From the NCBI GenBank assembly GCA_910577645.1, contig CAJTOL010000017.1, positions 696 to 64,695 of the forward strand: a stretch of 64,000 nucleotides of DNA, written 5' to 3'. The position numbers and the translations under genes were made by a program. The DNA comes from an uncultured Lachnospiraceae bacterium (GTDB lineage: Bacteria; Bacillota; Clostridia; Lachnospirales; Lachnospiraceae). Every line of letters begins with the position of its first letter. Position 1 is the first letter of the stretch. Positions 53,601-62,312 of this stretch are shown here, one piece after another. The notes under the pieces were generated by a model. That model was not told where the DNA came from and searched no databases. It saw only the letters and a list, made by a program, of their open reading frames with translations.

Positions 53601-55689
53601 AATCAACGAGAATCTCTTAAATATGGTACAGCAGGAGATAGACAACGAAATAAAAAATATTCAAAAAATAGAAAGTCGTTTGGCCCTTGATAATGGGATC
53701 CAAAATCTCTCAAAAGAAAGGGAGTTCCAGCCTGAAAACCAGCAGTCATTGTACCATTTGTATAATGAATTAAGGATAATCAGTGTTGCGGAAGCTCTGT
53801 TTAATCATGTATTCGTATATTTTCCCAAAACAGATAAAATAAGCAGCAGTCTTGGGAACATGGATATTTCTCTTTACTATGAGCTCTATTATAAAAACGG
53901 CAATACAGATTTTGAATCTTTCAAAGAATACCTTGCTTTGCGGCATTATAATGATGTGCTTCCGATTACCGGATCCGATGGGAAGAACCTGCTACTGTTT
54001 ACCATGAGTTCATTAAATACAAATGTCGGAGAAGCAGCAACCATCGGGATTGCCGTGGATGCGGAGCAATTCCGCCAGAAATTGTTATTCGGCAAATGGG
54101 ACGAAAAAATGTATATCCAAATTACAGACAGTCAAAACAGTACCATATGCATGGATGCCAAAAGTGACACATTGCCAAAACAGATAACAAAGGATTCCTA
54201 TATTGTTACCAGTGTCAACTCTAATGCAACCGATTGGAGATATGAGGCAATTGTTCCGAAAGCTTTAATCGACCGCGAGGCTTACGAAATACAGCTTTGG
54301 TCCGCAATTGGATTATTTATCTGTATTATTTCCGGATTCGGAATCGCAAGTTGGCTGGCAAGGAAAAATTATAATCCTTTAAAGCTTCTGACAGAAAATT
54401 TTGCAAACCAGGCCAGCTTAAAAGGCAATGATAAGACAGAGAGGCAGGTAGATGAGTATCAGTGGCTTAATCAGCAGATGAATCTTTTTTTTAAAGAGCA
54501 TATCGATACTCAAAGACTTCTTAAAAACAGCCATAAAACATTAAAAACATACTACTTATCCCAAATGCTTATGGAGCACTGCGAAAAAGCCCCTCAGGAG
54601 CAGGCCGGAATCATGCTTCACTCTGAAACCTATGCCGTTGTTCTTTTAAAGCCAGAGGTAAAAGGAACGTCTGCAGCGGCACAGCCTGACGAAGGGGAAC
54701 AGGCTCTCCGAAAATTTATCATAGCCAATGTGCTGAGTGAAATTTGTCAGAACTATTTTGAGGTGGAAATGACCGAAATGGGTCAACAGGAAGCTGCCAT
54801 TATCGGAATGAATGAGCCGTCTCAGGAAAATATGGAGCTTTTGCAGGAATGTGTGGAAAACCTGCAGCAAATTACAGAAGAGTCCTTCGGCTTTTCCTGT
54901 ACTGCCCTTTTAGGAACTGCCTGCAGCGGAATCGGCGGAATTCATGAATCCTATATGCAGGCTCAGGCTATGGAGGAGTATATCAATCTGCTGGACACGC
55001 TGGTGCTCCGCTATGACAAAGTACAGGATTTGCGCTTTGTGTATGAATATCCGGAAGAGCTGGAGCTAAAAATTATTCACGCAATGAAAATAGGCGACGA
55101 AAAAACAGCCGGTCAATGTATGATGGAGGTGTTTGACCGCAATCTTTCCGGGCAGGTAAAAGCCAATACATATCGCTGCCTGATCTTTGATATGATTGGC
55201 ACTCTTTTAAAGGGAGCCAACACGGGGGGATACCACCATGCGGATCGGGAAATAGAATTGCTGGAGCATATTTCCGTGAAAACGCCTGTTGAAGAGGCAA
55301 GGGATAAATTTTTAAAATGCCTGGCTTTAATCTGTTCCCAGATACGTCAGATTCGTATGCAGGCTAGCAGCGATCATATATTCAGCCAGAAGGTGGAGAT
55401 GTATGTAAAGGAAAACTTCACAGATCCGGATCTGAATATTTCTATTGCAAGTCAGCATTTCCGGATGACTCCTTCCTATTTATCGTCTCTTTATAAAAAA
55501 CAAACAGGAAAAAGCCTGTTAGAATTTATTAACACTGTGCGAATTGATTTTGCAGAACGCCTTTTAAAAGAGGGCTGCAGTGTAGCAGACGCGGCGGAGC
55601 AGTCCGGTTTTCGCGACAGCGCAGGCTTTATCCGGGCATTTAAAAAGAAAAAAGGAATTACCCCGGGACAATTAAAGAAAGAATTTTAA
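53473..55689 (+). CDS. Membrane-bound AraC-family one-component regulator with an extracytoplasmic sensor domain
   Basis: Two TM segments (LFLSYLGILVIPILVAGGIYG and LWSAIGLFICIISGFGIASWLA) flank a ~260-aa loop. The C-terminal AraC HTH pair is ISIASQHFRMTPSYLSSLYKK...AAEQSGFRDSAGFIRAFKK. Confidence 0.8.
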   Translation: MKRKSKVYLKLFLSYLGILVIPILVAGGIYGRVWQIMRAQTSRINENLLNMVQQEIDNEIKNIQKIESRLALDNGIQNLSKEREFQPENQQSLYHLYNELRIISVAEALFNHVFVYFPKTDKISSSLGNMDISLYYELYYKNGNTDFESFKEYLALRHYNDVLPITGSDGKNLLLFTMSSLNTNVGEAATIGIAVDAEQFRQKLLFGKWDEKMYIQITDSQNSTICMDAKSDTLPKQITKDSYIVTSVNSNATDWRYEAIVPKALIDREAYEIQLWSAIGLFICIISGFGIASWLARKNYNPLKLLTENFANQASLKGNDKTERQVDEYQWLNQQMNLFFKEHIDTQRLLKNSHKTLKTYYLSQMLMEHCEKAPQEQAGIMLHSETYAVVLLKPEVKGTSAAAQPDEGEQALRKFIIANVLSEICQNYFEVEMTEMGQQEAAIIGMNEPSQENMELLQECVENLQQITEESFGFSCTALLGTACSGIGGIHESYMQAQAMEEYINLLDTLVLRYDKVQDLRFVYEYPEELELKIIHAMKIGDEKTAGQCMMEVFDRNLSGQVKANTYRCLIFDMIGTLLKGANTGGYHHADREIELLEHISVKTPVEEARDKFLKCLALICSQIRQIRMQASSDHIFSQKVEMYVKENFTDPDLNISIASQHFRMTPSYLSSLYKKQTGKSLLEFINTVRIDFAERLLKEGCSVADAAEQSGFRDSAGFIRAFKKKKGITPGQLKKEF

Positions 55690-55707
55690 GTTTTGCCAAT
55701 TATGTTG

Positions 55708-55758
55708 AAAAAATGCAAACTGCCAAAGGTGTTTTTGCCAATGGAGTTTGCATTTTTT
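55708..55758 (+). terminator. Intrinsic terminator after the araC-like gene
   Basis: AAAATGCAAACT pairs with AGTTTGCATTTT (12 bp) and runs into a T-run. Confidence 0.75.
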
Positions 55759-55831
55759 GCATATAAAAATCAATATTAGTTTGATAATATGGGTGATACA
55801 AAACAAAATATAAGATGCAAGGAGGAGAAAG

Positions 55832-57469
55832 ATGAAACACAGAAAAACCGCATTACTTTTTACAATGGCAATGACTTTCGCTCTGGCTGGCTGCGGCCAA
55901 AAAGCCGGACAAGAGCAGACTACTGCTGCAACATCCGCAGCAGAAGGAGAACAGCAAACACAAACAGCAGGGGAATTTTCTTATCCAATGCAGGCAGGGG
56001 ATGCGCTGACCTATTGGTGTGAACTTCAAGGCACTGTAAGCCCAAACTTTTCCAACTTGGGAGAGACTCCATTTGCAAAGGCATGGATGCAGGAAACGGG
56101 AGTAACTATTGAATTTATGCATCCGCCAACAGGACAGATAAAGGAACAGTTTAGTTTAATTCTTGCTGATGGAAATCTTCCTGACATGATGGAGTACAGC
56201 TGGGTAAAAGATTATCCGGGCGGCCCTGAAAAGGCTATTAAAGACGGCGTGATCCTTCCTCTTAATGATGTATTTGAACAGTATTGTCCAAATATTACCG
56301 CTTATTTAAAAGAGCATCCTGAGGTGGATAAAATGATTAAAACGGATGATGGTCATTATTATGTATTTCCATTTATCCGCGGAGACGAAAAACTTTGTAA
56401 TACCATTGGACTTATGCTGCGCCAGGACTGGTTAGAAGAGCTGAATCTGGAAGTGCCGGAAACAATAGAAGAATGGCATACTGTGCTGACCGCATTTAAG
56501 AACGAAAAAGGCGTTGCCGCACCCTATTGTCCGGAGTGGACAAGAGACGACTTTAAAGATAATGACCCGTTTGCATACGCATTTAACACCTGCCGCGGCT
56601 TCTATATCGATGATAATGGACAGGTTAAATTTGGCGCTATCGAGGAGAATTACAAAAATTATCTGGAATTAATGAAGCAGTGGTATGAGGAAGGACTCAT
56701 TGATCCTGATATGGCTACATTGAAATTTGACCAGGTAAGCGCCAAGATGACCAATGGCTCTGCAGGGGCATCTATGGGATTTGCAGGAAGCCGTATGGGG
56801 GCATGGATCACAGCGGCCCAGGGCAACGAGCCGGATTATATGCTGGTAGCAGCGCCTTACCCAACCCTTGAAAAAGGTGCAAAACCGGAGTTTGGCCAGA
56901 TGGATAATCAGTATCCTGGAACTGCCAGCGTAGCAATTACCTCCTCCTGTAAAGATGTAGAGAGAGCAGCCCGGCTGCTGGATTATGCATATGGAGAAGA
57001 AGGACATATGCTTTTTAACTTTGGTGTTGAAGGCGAATCCTATGAAATGAAGGAAGATTATCCGACTTATACAGACTGGGTAATGACAAATCCTGATGGC
57101 TGGCCTGTATCTCAGGCAATGTCTGCTTATATTCGCGGCAATTATAATGGGCCTTTTGTACAGGATCTTCGCTATCTGGAGCAGTATTATACCATTGATC
57201 AGCAGAAAGAAACCCCTGACGTCTGGGGGAACAGTAATGCAAAGTCACATAAAATGCCCCCGGTAACGCCTACCTCTGAAGAGAGTAAGGAATACTCTAC
57301 TATTATGAACGAGATCAATACCTACCGCGATGAGATGGTTCTCAAATTTATATTTGGTACAGAAAGTCTGGACAATTTTGATACTTATGTAAAAAATATT
57401 GAAAATATGGGACTGCAGCGCGCCTTGGAGATTCAGAGTTCAGCATTAGAACGCTACAATGCCCGTTAA
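55832..57469 (+). CDS. Extracellular solute-binding lipoprotein of a CUT1-type sugar ABC importer (large LplA/YtcQ-like class)
   Basis: Signal peptide with lipobox LAGCGQ. 545 aa. It is followed by two MalFG-type permease genes. RBS is AAGGAGGAG. Confidence 0.85.
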   Translation: MKHRKTALLFTMAMTFALAGCGQKAGQEQTTAATSAAEGEQQTQTAGEFSYPMQAGDALTYWCELQGTVSPNFSNLGETPFAKAWMQETGVTIEFMHPPTGQIKEQFSLILADGNLPDMMEYSWVKDYPGGPEKAIKDGVILPLNDVFEQYCPNITAYLKEHPEVDKMIKTDDGHYYVFPFIRGDEKLCNTIGLMLRQDWLEELNLEVPETIEEWHTVLTAFKNEKGVAAPYCPEWTRDDFKDNDPFAYAFNTCRGFYIDDNGQVKFGAIEENYKNYLELMKQWYEEGLIDPDMATLKFDQVSAKMTNGSAGASMGFAGSRMGAWITAAQGNEPDYMLVAAPYPTLEKGAKPEFGQMDNQYPGTASVAITSSCKDVERAARLLDYAYGEEGHMLFNFGVEGESYEMKEDYPTYTDWVMTNPDGWPVSQAMSAYIRGNYNGPFVQDLRYLEQYYTIDQQKETPDVWGNSNAKSHKMPPVTPTSEESKEYSTIMNEINTYRDEMVLKFIFGTESLDNFDTYVKNIENMGLQRALEIQSSALERYNAR

Positions 57470-57484
57470 AGGCTAAGGAAGGGA

Positions 57485-57549
57485 ATGGGGATAGCGCAAA
57501 ATGAAACCAGAGCCTTTATTTCATTTTGCGACACCCCCATCCCCTTTTT
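57485..57549 (+). terminator. Long hairpin with a T-run between the binding-protein and permease genes (intra-operon attenuator/terminator)
   Basis: CGCAAAATGAAA (57495..57506) pairs with TTTCATTTTGCG (57519..57530), 12 bp perfect. An outer ATGGGG/CCCCAT helix adds 6 bp. CCCCTTTTT follows. Confidence 0.7.
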
Positions 57550-57577
57550 AGTCTGACAGCCTGAAAGAGAGGATAAA

Positions 57578-58498
57578 ATGAAGGAATTGTCGCTTTTTGA
57601 TAAAGTAAAAAAGGATTGGATGAGAAATAAATCCCTGTACATAATGGTTCTTCCCGTGTTAATCTTTTTTATTTTATTTCATTATAAGCCTATGTATGGC
57701 GCAATTATTGCGTTCAAAGATTATACGCCTGCTCTGGGAATCGCAGAAAGTCCCTGGGTCGGCCTGGAAAATTTTTCAAGATTTTTCAGCAGCGTCTATT
57801 TTGGACGTCTGATCCGCAATACGATTCTGCTTAGTGTATACAGCCTGATTTTTGGCTTTCCCGCCCCGATTATTCTGGCTCTCTTGTTAAATGAAGTAAG
57901 AAGCAAAAAATTTAAAGGTTTGACACAGACCGTAACCTATTTGCCTCATTTCATTTCCATGATCGTAGTAACCGGTATGCTGGTGGATTTCAGCATGACC
58001 AGCGGGTTATTTAATGATATTATTGAACTTTTTGGAGGGGAACGTTCTCCGCTTCTTCAAAATCCGGATCTGTACCGCACCATTTATGTAGCATCCGGAA
58101 TCTGGCAGGAAGCAGGATGGGGCTCTATTATCTACCTTTCCGCCTTATCCGGAGTTGACAGCCAGCTATATGAGGCGGCCCAGATTGACGGCGCCGGAAA
58201 GTGGAAACAGCTTCTTAACGTAACTCTTCCCGGAATTATGCCGACCATTGTGATTATGTTTATTTTGAAAATGGGGACGCTGATGAATATGGGATATGAA
58301 AAGACAATTCTTTTGTACAATCCTGCAACTTATGAAACTGCGGATATTATTTCTTCTTACATATACCGAATCGGCCTTTTAGATCAGGACTGGAGCTATT
58401 CTACTGCGATTGGCCTTTTTAATTCCGTGATTAATTTCGCCCTTTTGCTTATCACCAATAAATTGGCACGTAAATGCGGCGAGACAAGTTTATGGTAG
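57578..58498 (+). CDS. Sugar ABC transporter permease (LplB/YtcP-like)
   Basis: Six TM segments and an EAA-type loop, YEAAQIDGAGKWKQLLNVTLP. Confidence 0.85.
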   Translation: MKELSLFDKVKKDWMRNKSLYIMVLPVLIFFILFHYKPMYGAIIAFKDYTPALGIAESPWVGLENFSRFFSSVYFGRLIRNTILLSVYSLIFGFPAPIILALLLNEVRSKKFKGLTQTVTYLPHFISMIVVTGMLVDFSMTSGLFNDIIELFGGERSPLLQNPDLYRTIYVASGIWQEAGWGSIIYLSALSGVDSQLYEAAQIDGAGKWKQLLNVTLPGIMPTIVIMFILKMGTLMNMGYEKTILLYNPATYETADIISSYIYRIGLLDQDWSYSTAIGLFNSVINFALLLITNKLARKCGETSLW

Positions 58499-58509
58499 GG
58501 GGGAAAGAA

Positions 58510-59400
58510 ATGAAATCACTAAAAGTGAAACGCTCCAGGGGAGAACGCATCTTCACTGTATTTAACTACATTTTTTTGTCGCTGATTATGCTGCTCTGTC
58601 TGTATCCGGTTTGGTATGTAGTTGCGGCGTCCTTTAGCAACAGCAATATGCTGACCCAGCACACAGGCCTTTTATTAAAGCCGGTGGGATGGAGTACAGA
58701 CGCATACAGTAAAGTATTTCGAAATCCTATGATTGTGCGCGGTTATTTTAACACCTTATTTGTATTGGTTGTAGGCGTTACATTAGACATTATTATGACA
58801 GCCCTGGGAGCCTATTTTCTCTCAAGGCGAAGAGTCCTATTTAAAAAACCGATTATGATCCTGATCATGTTTACCATGTTTTTTTCAGGCGGCATGATTC
58901 CATTTTATCTAAATTTAAAAGATTTGCAGCTGAGAGACAGCCTGTGGGGATTAATTCTTCCTTTTATGATCAGCACTTATAATCTGGTAATTTTAAAAAC
59001 ATCCTTTGAAAGTATCCCGGAAAGCCTGATTGAGGCGGCGCAAATTGACGGCGCAGGACATGTGACAATTTTAAGTCAGGTTGTTCTTCCTCTTTCAAAG
59101 GCAATTTTGGCGGTAATGGTGCTTTATTATGGCGTTGCTATCTGGAATTCATGGTTCTGGGCTTCTGCTATTATCCGCACCAGAGAGCTTTATCCCCTTC
59201 AGGTAATTTTAAGAGAAATACTAATGCAGAATGATGTTACCTCTATGACAACCGGTGTGGGAACCATGGATCAGGAGTCAGTGGCAATGACCATTAAATA
59301 TGCAACCATTGTAGTGGCCACCGTACCAATCCTTTGTGTGTACCCGTTTTTACAAAAGCATTTTGCCAAAGGGACAATCGCAGGCGCAGTAAAGGAGTAA
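58510..59400 (+). CDS. Sugar ABC transporter permease (LplC-like)
   Basis: EAA loop IEAAQIDGAGHVTILSQVVLP. Start is ATG 58510 behind GGGGGGAAAG. The ORF-track start at 58474 overlaps the upstream gene. Confidence 0.85.
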   Translation: MKSLKVKRSRGERIFTVFNYIFLSLIMLLCLYPVWYVVAASFSNSNMLTQHTGLLLKPVGWSTDAYSKVFRNPMIVRGYFNTLFVLVVGVTLDIIMTALGAYFLSRRRVLFKKPIMILIMFTMFFSGGMIPFYLNLKDLQLRDSLWGLILPFMISTYNLVILKTSFESIPESLIEAAQIDGAGHVTILSQVVLPLSKAILAVMVLYYGVAIWNSWFWASAIIRTRELYPLQVILREILMQNDVTSMTTGVGTMDQESVAMTIKYATIVVATVPILCVYPFLQKHFAKGTIAGAVKE

Positions 59401-59404
59401 AAAG

Positions 59405-60505
59405 ATGAATGCAGAAAAAGTTTTAGAAAAGCTGGAAGCAAAGATTCATACGCAATGCATGAGACTGGGAGAACGCATCCCTTATATTGCTGAGAACGGA
59501 AAGTATCAGAATGATATGCGGGACGTAAAACTGTCATGGTGGACTAATGGCTTTTGGTCCGGGATTTTGTGGCAGATGTACCAATATACAAAGGATCCGA
59601 TTTACAGAACTGCTGCAGAGCATACGGAACTGGAATTTGACCGTATTCTGGAAAATTTTGAGGTGTTGCATCACGATGTAGGTTTTTTGTTTCTTCATAC
59701 CGCAGTGGCTGATTACAGGCTTACAGGAAATCCCAAATCGCGTACAAGAGGGCTTCACGCCGCTAACATACTGGCAGGCCGTTTTAATCCCTCAGGAAAT
59801 TTTATCCGGGCATGGAATGAGGATAAAACAGGCTGGATGATTGTAGACTGTCTTATGAATGTGCCGCTTCTTTACTGGGCGGAAAAGGAACTAAAGGATC
59901 CCAGATTCGGAGAAATCGCAAGACGGCATACGGACACCGCCCTACAGTATCTGCAGAGACCGGATGGCTCCTGTAATCACATTGCAGTATTTGATCCGGT
60001 GTCAGGAGAACCCGTTGAATTTCCTGCCGGACAGGGCTACAAAGAAGGATCTTCATGGTCCAGAGGTCAGGCGTGGGCAGTGTACGGCTTTGCTCTCGGA
60101 TATCGATATACAGGCAGGCAGGAATACCTGGATGCCGCCAAGAGGACAGCCCATTATTTTCTGGCAAATGTAGCTCAAACCGGTTTTGTCTCTCTTTTAG
60201 ATTTCAGAGCGCCTGCGGAACCTGTATATTGGGACACTTCTGCTGCCGCGTGTGCTGCATGCGGCCTTCTGGAAATTGCAGATGCCGCAGATGAGTCGGA
60301 AAAGCTGTTTTACAGAAACAGCGCGGAAAAAATGCTGGAGGCATTGGCAGAAAAGCATTGCTGCTGGGATGTTGAAAGAGACGGTATTTTGCAGAATGGA
60401 AGCGTTGCTTACGAAAAGCAGGTTCATGTTCCGCTGATTTACGGAGATTACTTTTTTACAGAGGGAATTCTCAGACTGTTGGGGAAGGAATTTATGATCT
60501 GGTAA
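59405..60505 (+). CDS. Unsaturated glucuronyl hydrolase (glycoside hydrolase family 88)
   Basis: WWTNGFWSGILW, HHDVGFLF, and DCLMNVPLL ... SRGQAWAVYG match the GH88 pattern. 366 aa. Confidence 0.8.
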   Translation: MNAEKVLEKLEAKIHTQCMRLGERIPYIAENGKYQNDMRDVKLSWWTNGFWSGILWQMYQYTKDPIYRTAAEHTELEFDRILENFEVLHHDVGFLFLHTAVADYRLTGNPKSRTRGLHAANILAGRFNPSGNFIRAWNEDKTGWMIVDCLMNVPLLYWAEKELKDPRFGEIARRHTDTALQYLQRPDGSCNHIAVFDPVSGEPVEFPAGQGYKEGSSWSRGQAWAVYGFALGYRYTGRQEYLDAAKRTAHYFLANVAQTGFVSLLDFRAPAEPVYWDTSAAACAACGLLEIADAADESEKLFYRNSAEKMLEALAEKHCCWDVERDGILQNGSVAYEKQVHVPLIYGDYFFTEGILRLLGKEFMIW

Positions 60506-60515
60506 AGGAGTCCGC

Positions 60516-62312
60516 ATGGAAAAGAAAGAATGTTTTGATCTGTTAAAAAGCTGGTGTGACGGCCTAATCCGCTATCAAATTCATGACACAGGAGACTCTC
60601 GCTTTGACGGCGGTTTTTTCTGCCCTGCCTGTAAGATGATTCATGGAAGAAGTCAGGATGCCGTTTATCCCTTAATGTGCATGGCGGATTTTACAGGAGA
60701 AGAAAAATATCGGAAAGCGGCAGAAAATGTTTTCCACTGGGGCGCCAATATGGTCTGTGATGACGGAAGCTTTTATAATGATCCTCAGAGTGAATGGAAT
60801 GGAATAACAGTTTTTGGGGTAATCAGTCTATGTGAAGCTTTAATCCTTCACGGCCATTTACTGGCTCCTGAAATAAAAAAGCTTTGGGAACAGAGAATGG
60901 AGGCAGGGGCCCAGTGGATTGGTAAAACGATTACTGCAAAATATAAAACCAACATTAATTACCATGCGTCTGCCGCCGCCGCCCTTTCCCTGGCGGGAAA
61001 ATACGGAAACAGGCCAGAATATTTAGTACAGGCAAAAGAACTGGCTGATTTTTGTGAGAAGCATTTATTGGAAAACGGACTTTTGTATGGAGAAGGCCAA
61101 CCGGCAGAGCATGTGACGAAAAGAGGGTGCAGGCCGGTAGACATAGGATATAATGCCGAGGAATCAATACCTTCCCTTATTTTATACGCCAAAACAGTTG
61201 GTGATTCAAAACTGACAGAAAAATTGAAGGAAATTTTGAGAAAGCTGCTTGTTTTTATGCTGCCGGACGGGGCATGGGATAACAGCTTTGGAACCAGAAA
61301 TTATAAATGGACCTATTGGGGAAGCAGAACATCCGACGGATGCCAATCCGCCTATGGAATCTGGGGAGACGAGGAACCTGTATTTCATGAAGCTGCAGTA
61401 AGGAATCTAATACTGTACAAGAAATGCACCGGAAAAGGACTTTTGTATGGCGGGCCGGACTATGAAATACACGGGGAAGAACCCTGTATTCACCATACAT
61501 TCTGTCATGCAAAGGCATTGGCATCCATGATAGATTCCGGGCAATGGAGCAGTCAGCCGGCAGAGCTTCCTTCCCAGCACGCGCCGTCTTTGCTATATTT
61601 TTCGGAAATAGACACGTGGAAAATCTCAAAAGGCGGATTTTTGGGCACCGTAACAGGCTATGATTTTCACTACATGAAGGGAGGACACGCTTCCGGAGGT
61701 ACCTTAACAATGTTGTGGCACAGGACGGCAGGCCCTGTGATTATGTCGTCCATGACAGATTATTGGTTAAAAGAACCACATAATATGCAGCTTTCTTTAA
61801 AAAAATCGCAGCACTGCAGTTTAACGCCCAGAATCGAGCTGGAAAGCCAGGGGAAAAAATATTCCAGCTGTTATGATCATGATTCCCGGATTACAGCAGA
61901 AGAGCTGGGAAATGAAATCCGGATTGAAGCGCATATGGAATTAAAGGATGCGGATCACAGTTCTGCTTTTAATCCTGTATTTTGCCGCCTGGTATACTTA
62001 TTTTCAGATGGTCAAATCACAATTGACGGAAGCATAAAATTACTACAGGAACCAGATTCCCGGCAGCCCTTATTTATAATTCCGGTAATAGGAAGGCACA
62101 AACTGGGCGTGCAGCGTGTCCAGGACGGTTGGGTATTGCCACGGGAGAACGGAACGGTTAAAATCGGTATATCCACTTTAGACTGTGGGAAAGCGCCGGA
62201 TCCGGTTTTTTTCCTGGCCGGAGGCTTTGAAGCATGGCAGTTTACCGTACAACCGGACGGCAAAGGGGAATTTCATGTCTCCATTAAGGTAGAGGAGGAA
62301 AAGGTATGCTAG
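60516..62312 (+). CDS. Hypothetical 598-aa protein, possibly an (alpha/alpha)-barrel carbohydrate-active enzyme
   Basis: It lies within the polysaccharide-utilisation operon, and its stop overlaps the next start (ATGCTAG). I recognised no family signature. Confidence 0.6.
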   Translation: MEKKECFDLLKSWCDGLIRYQIHDTGDSRFDGGFFCPACKMIHGRSQDAVYPLMCMADFTGEEKYRKAAENVFHWGANMVCDDGSFYNDPQSEWNGITVFGVISLCEALILHGHLLAPEIKKLWEQRMEAGAQWIGKTITAKYKTNINYHASAAAALSLAGKYGNRPEYLVQAKELADFCEKHLLENGLLYGEGQPAEHVTKRGCRPVDIGYNAEESIPSLILYAKTVGDSKLTEKLKEILRKLLVFMLPDGAWDNSFGTRNYKWTYWGSRTSDGCQSAYGIWGDEEPVFHEAAVRNLILYKKCTGKGLLYGGPDYEIHGEEPCIHHTFCHAKALASMIDSGQWSSQPAELPSQHAPSLLYFSEIDTWKISKGGFLGTVTGYDFHYMKGGHASGGTLTMLWHRTAGPVIMSSMTDYWLKEPHNMQLSLKKSQHCSLTPRIELESQGKKYSSCYDHDSRITAEELGNEIRIEAHMELKDADHSSAFNPVFCRLVYLFSDGQITIDGSIKLLQEPDSRQPLFIIPVIGRHKLGVQRVQDGWVLPRENGTVKIGISTLDCGKAPDPVFFLAGGFEAWQFTVQPDGKGEFHVSIKVEEEKVC

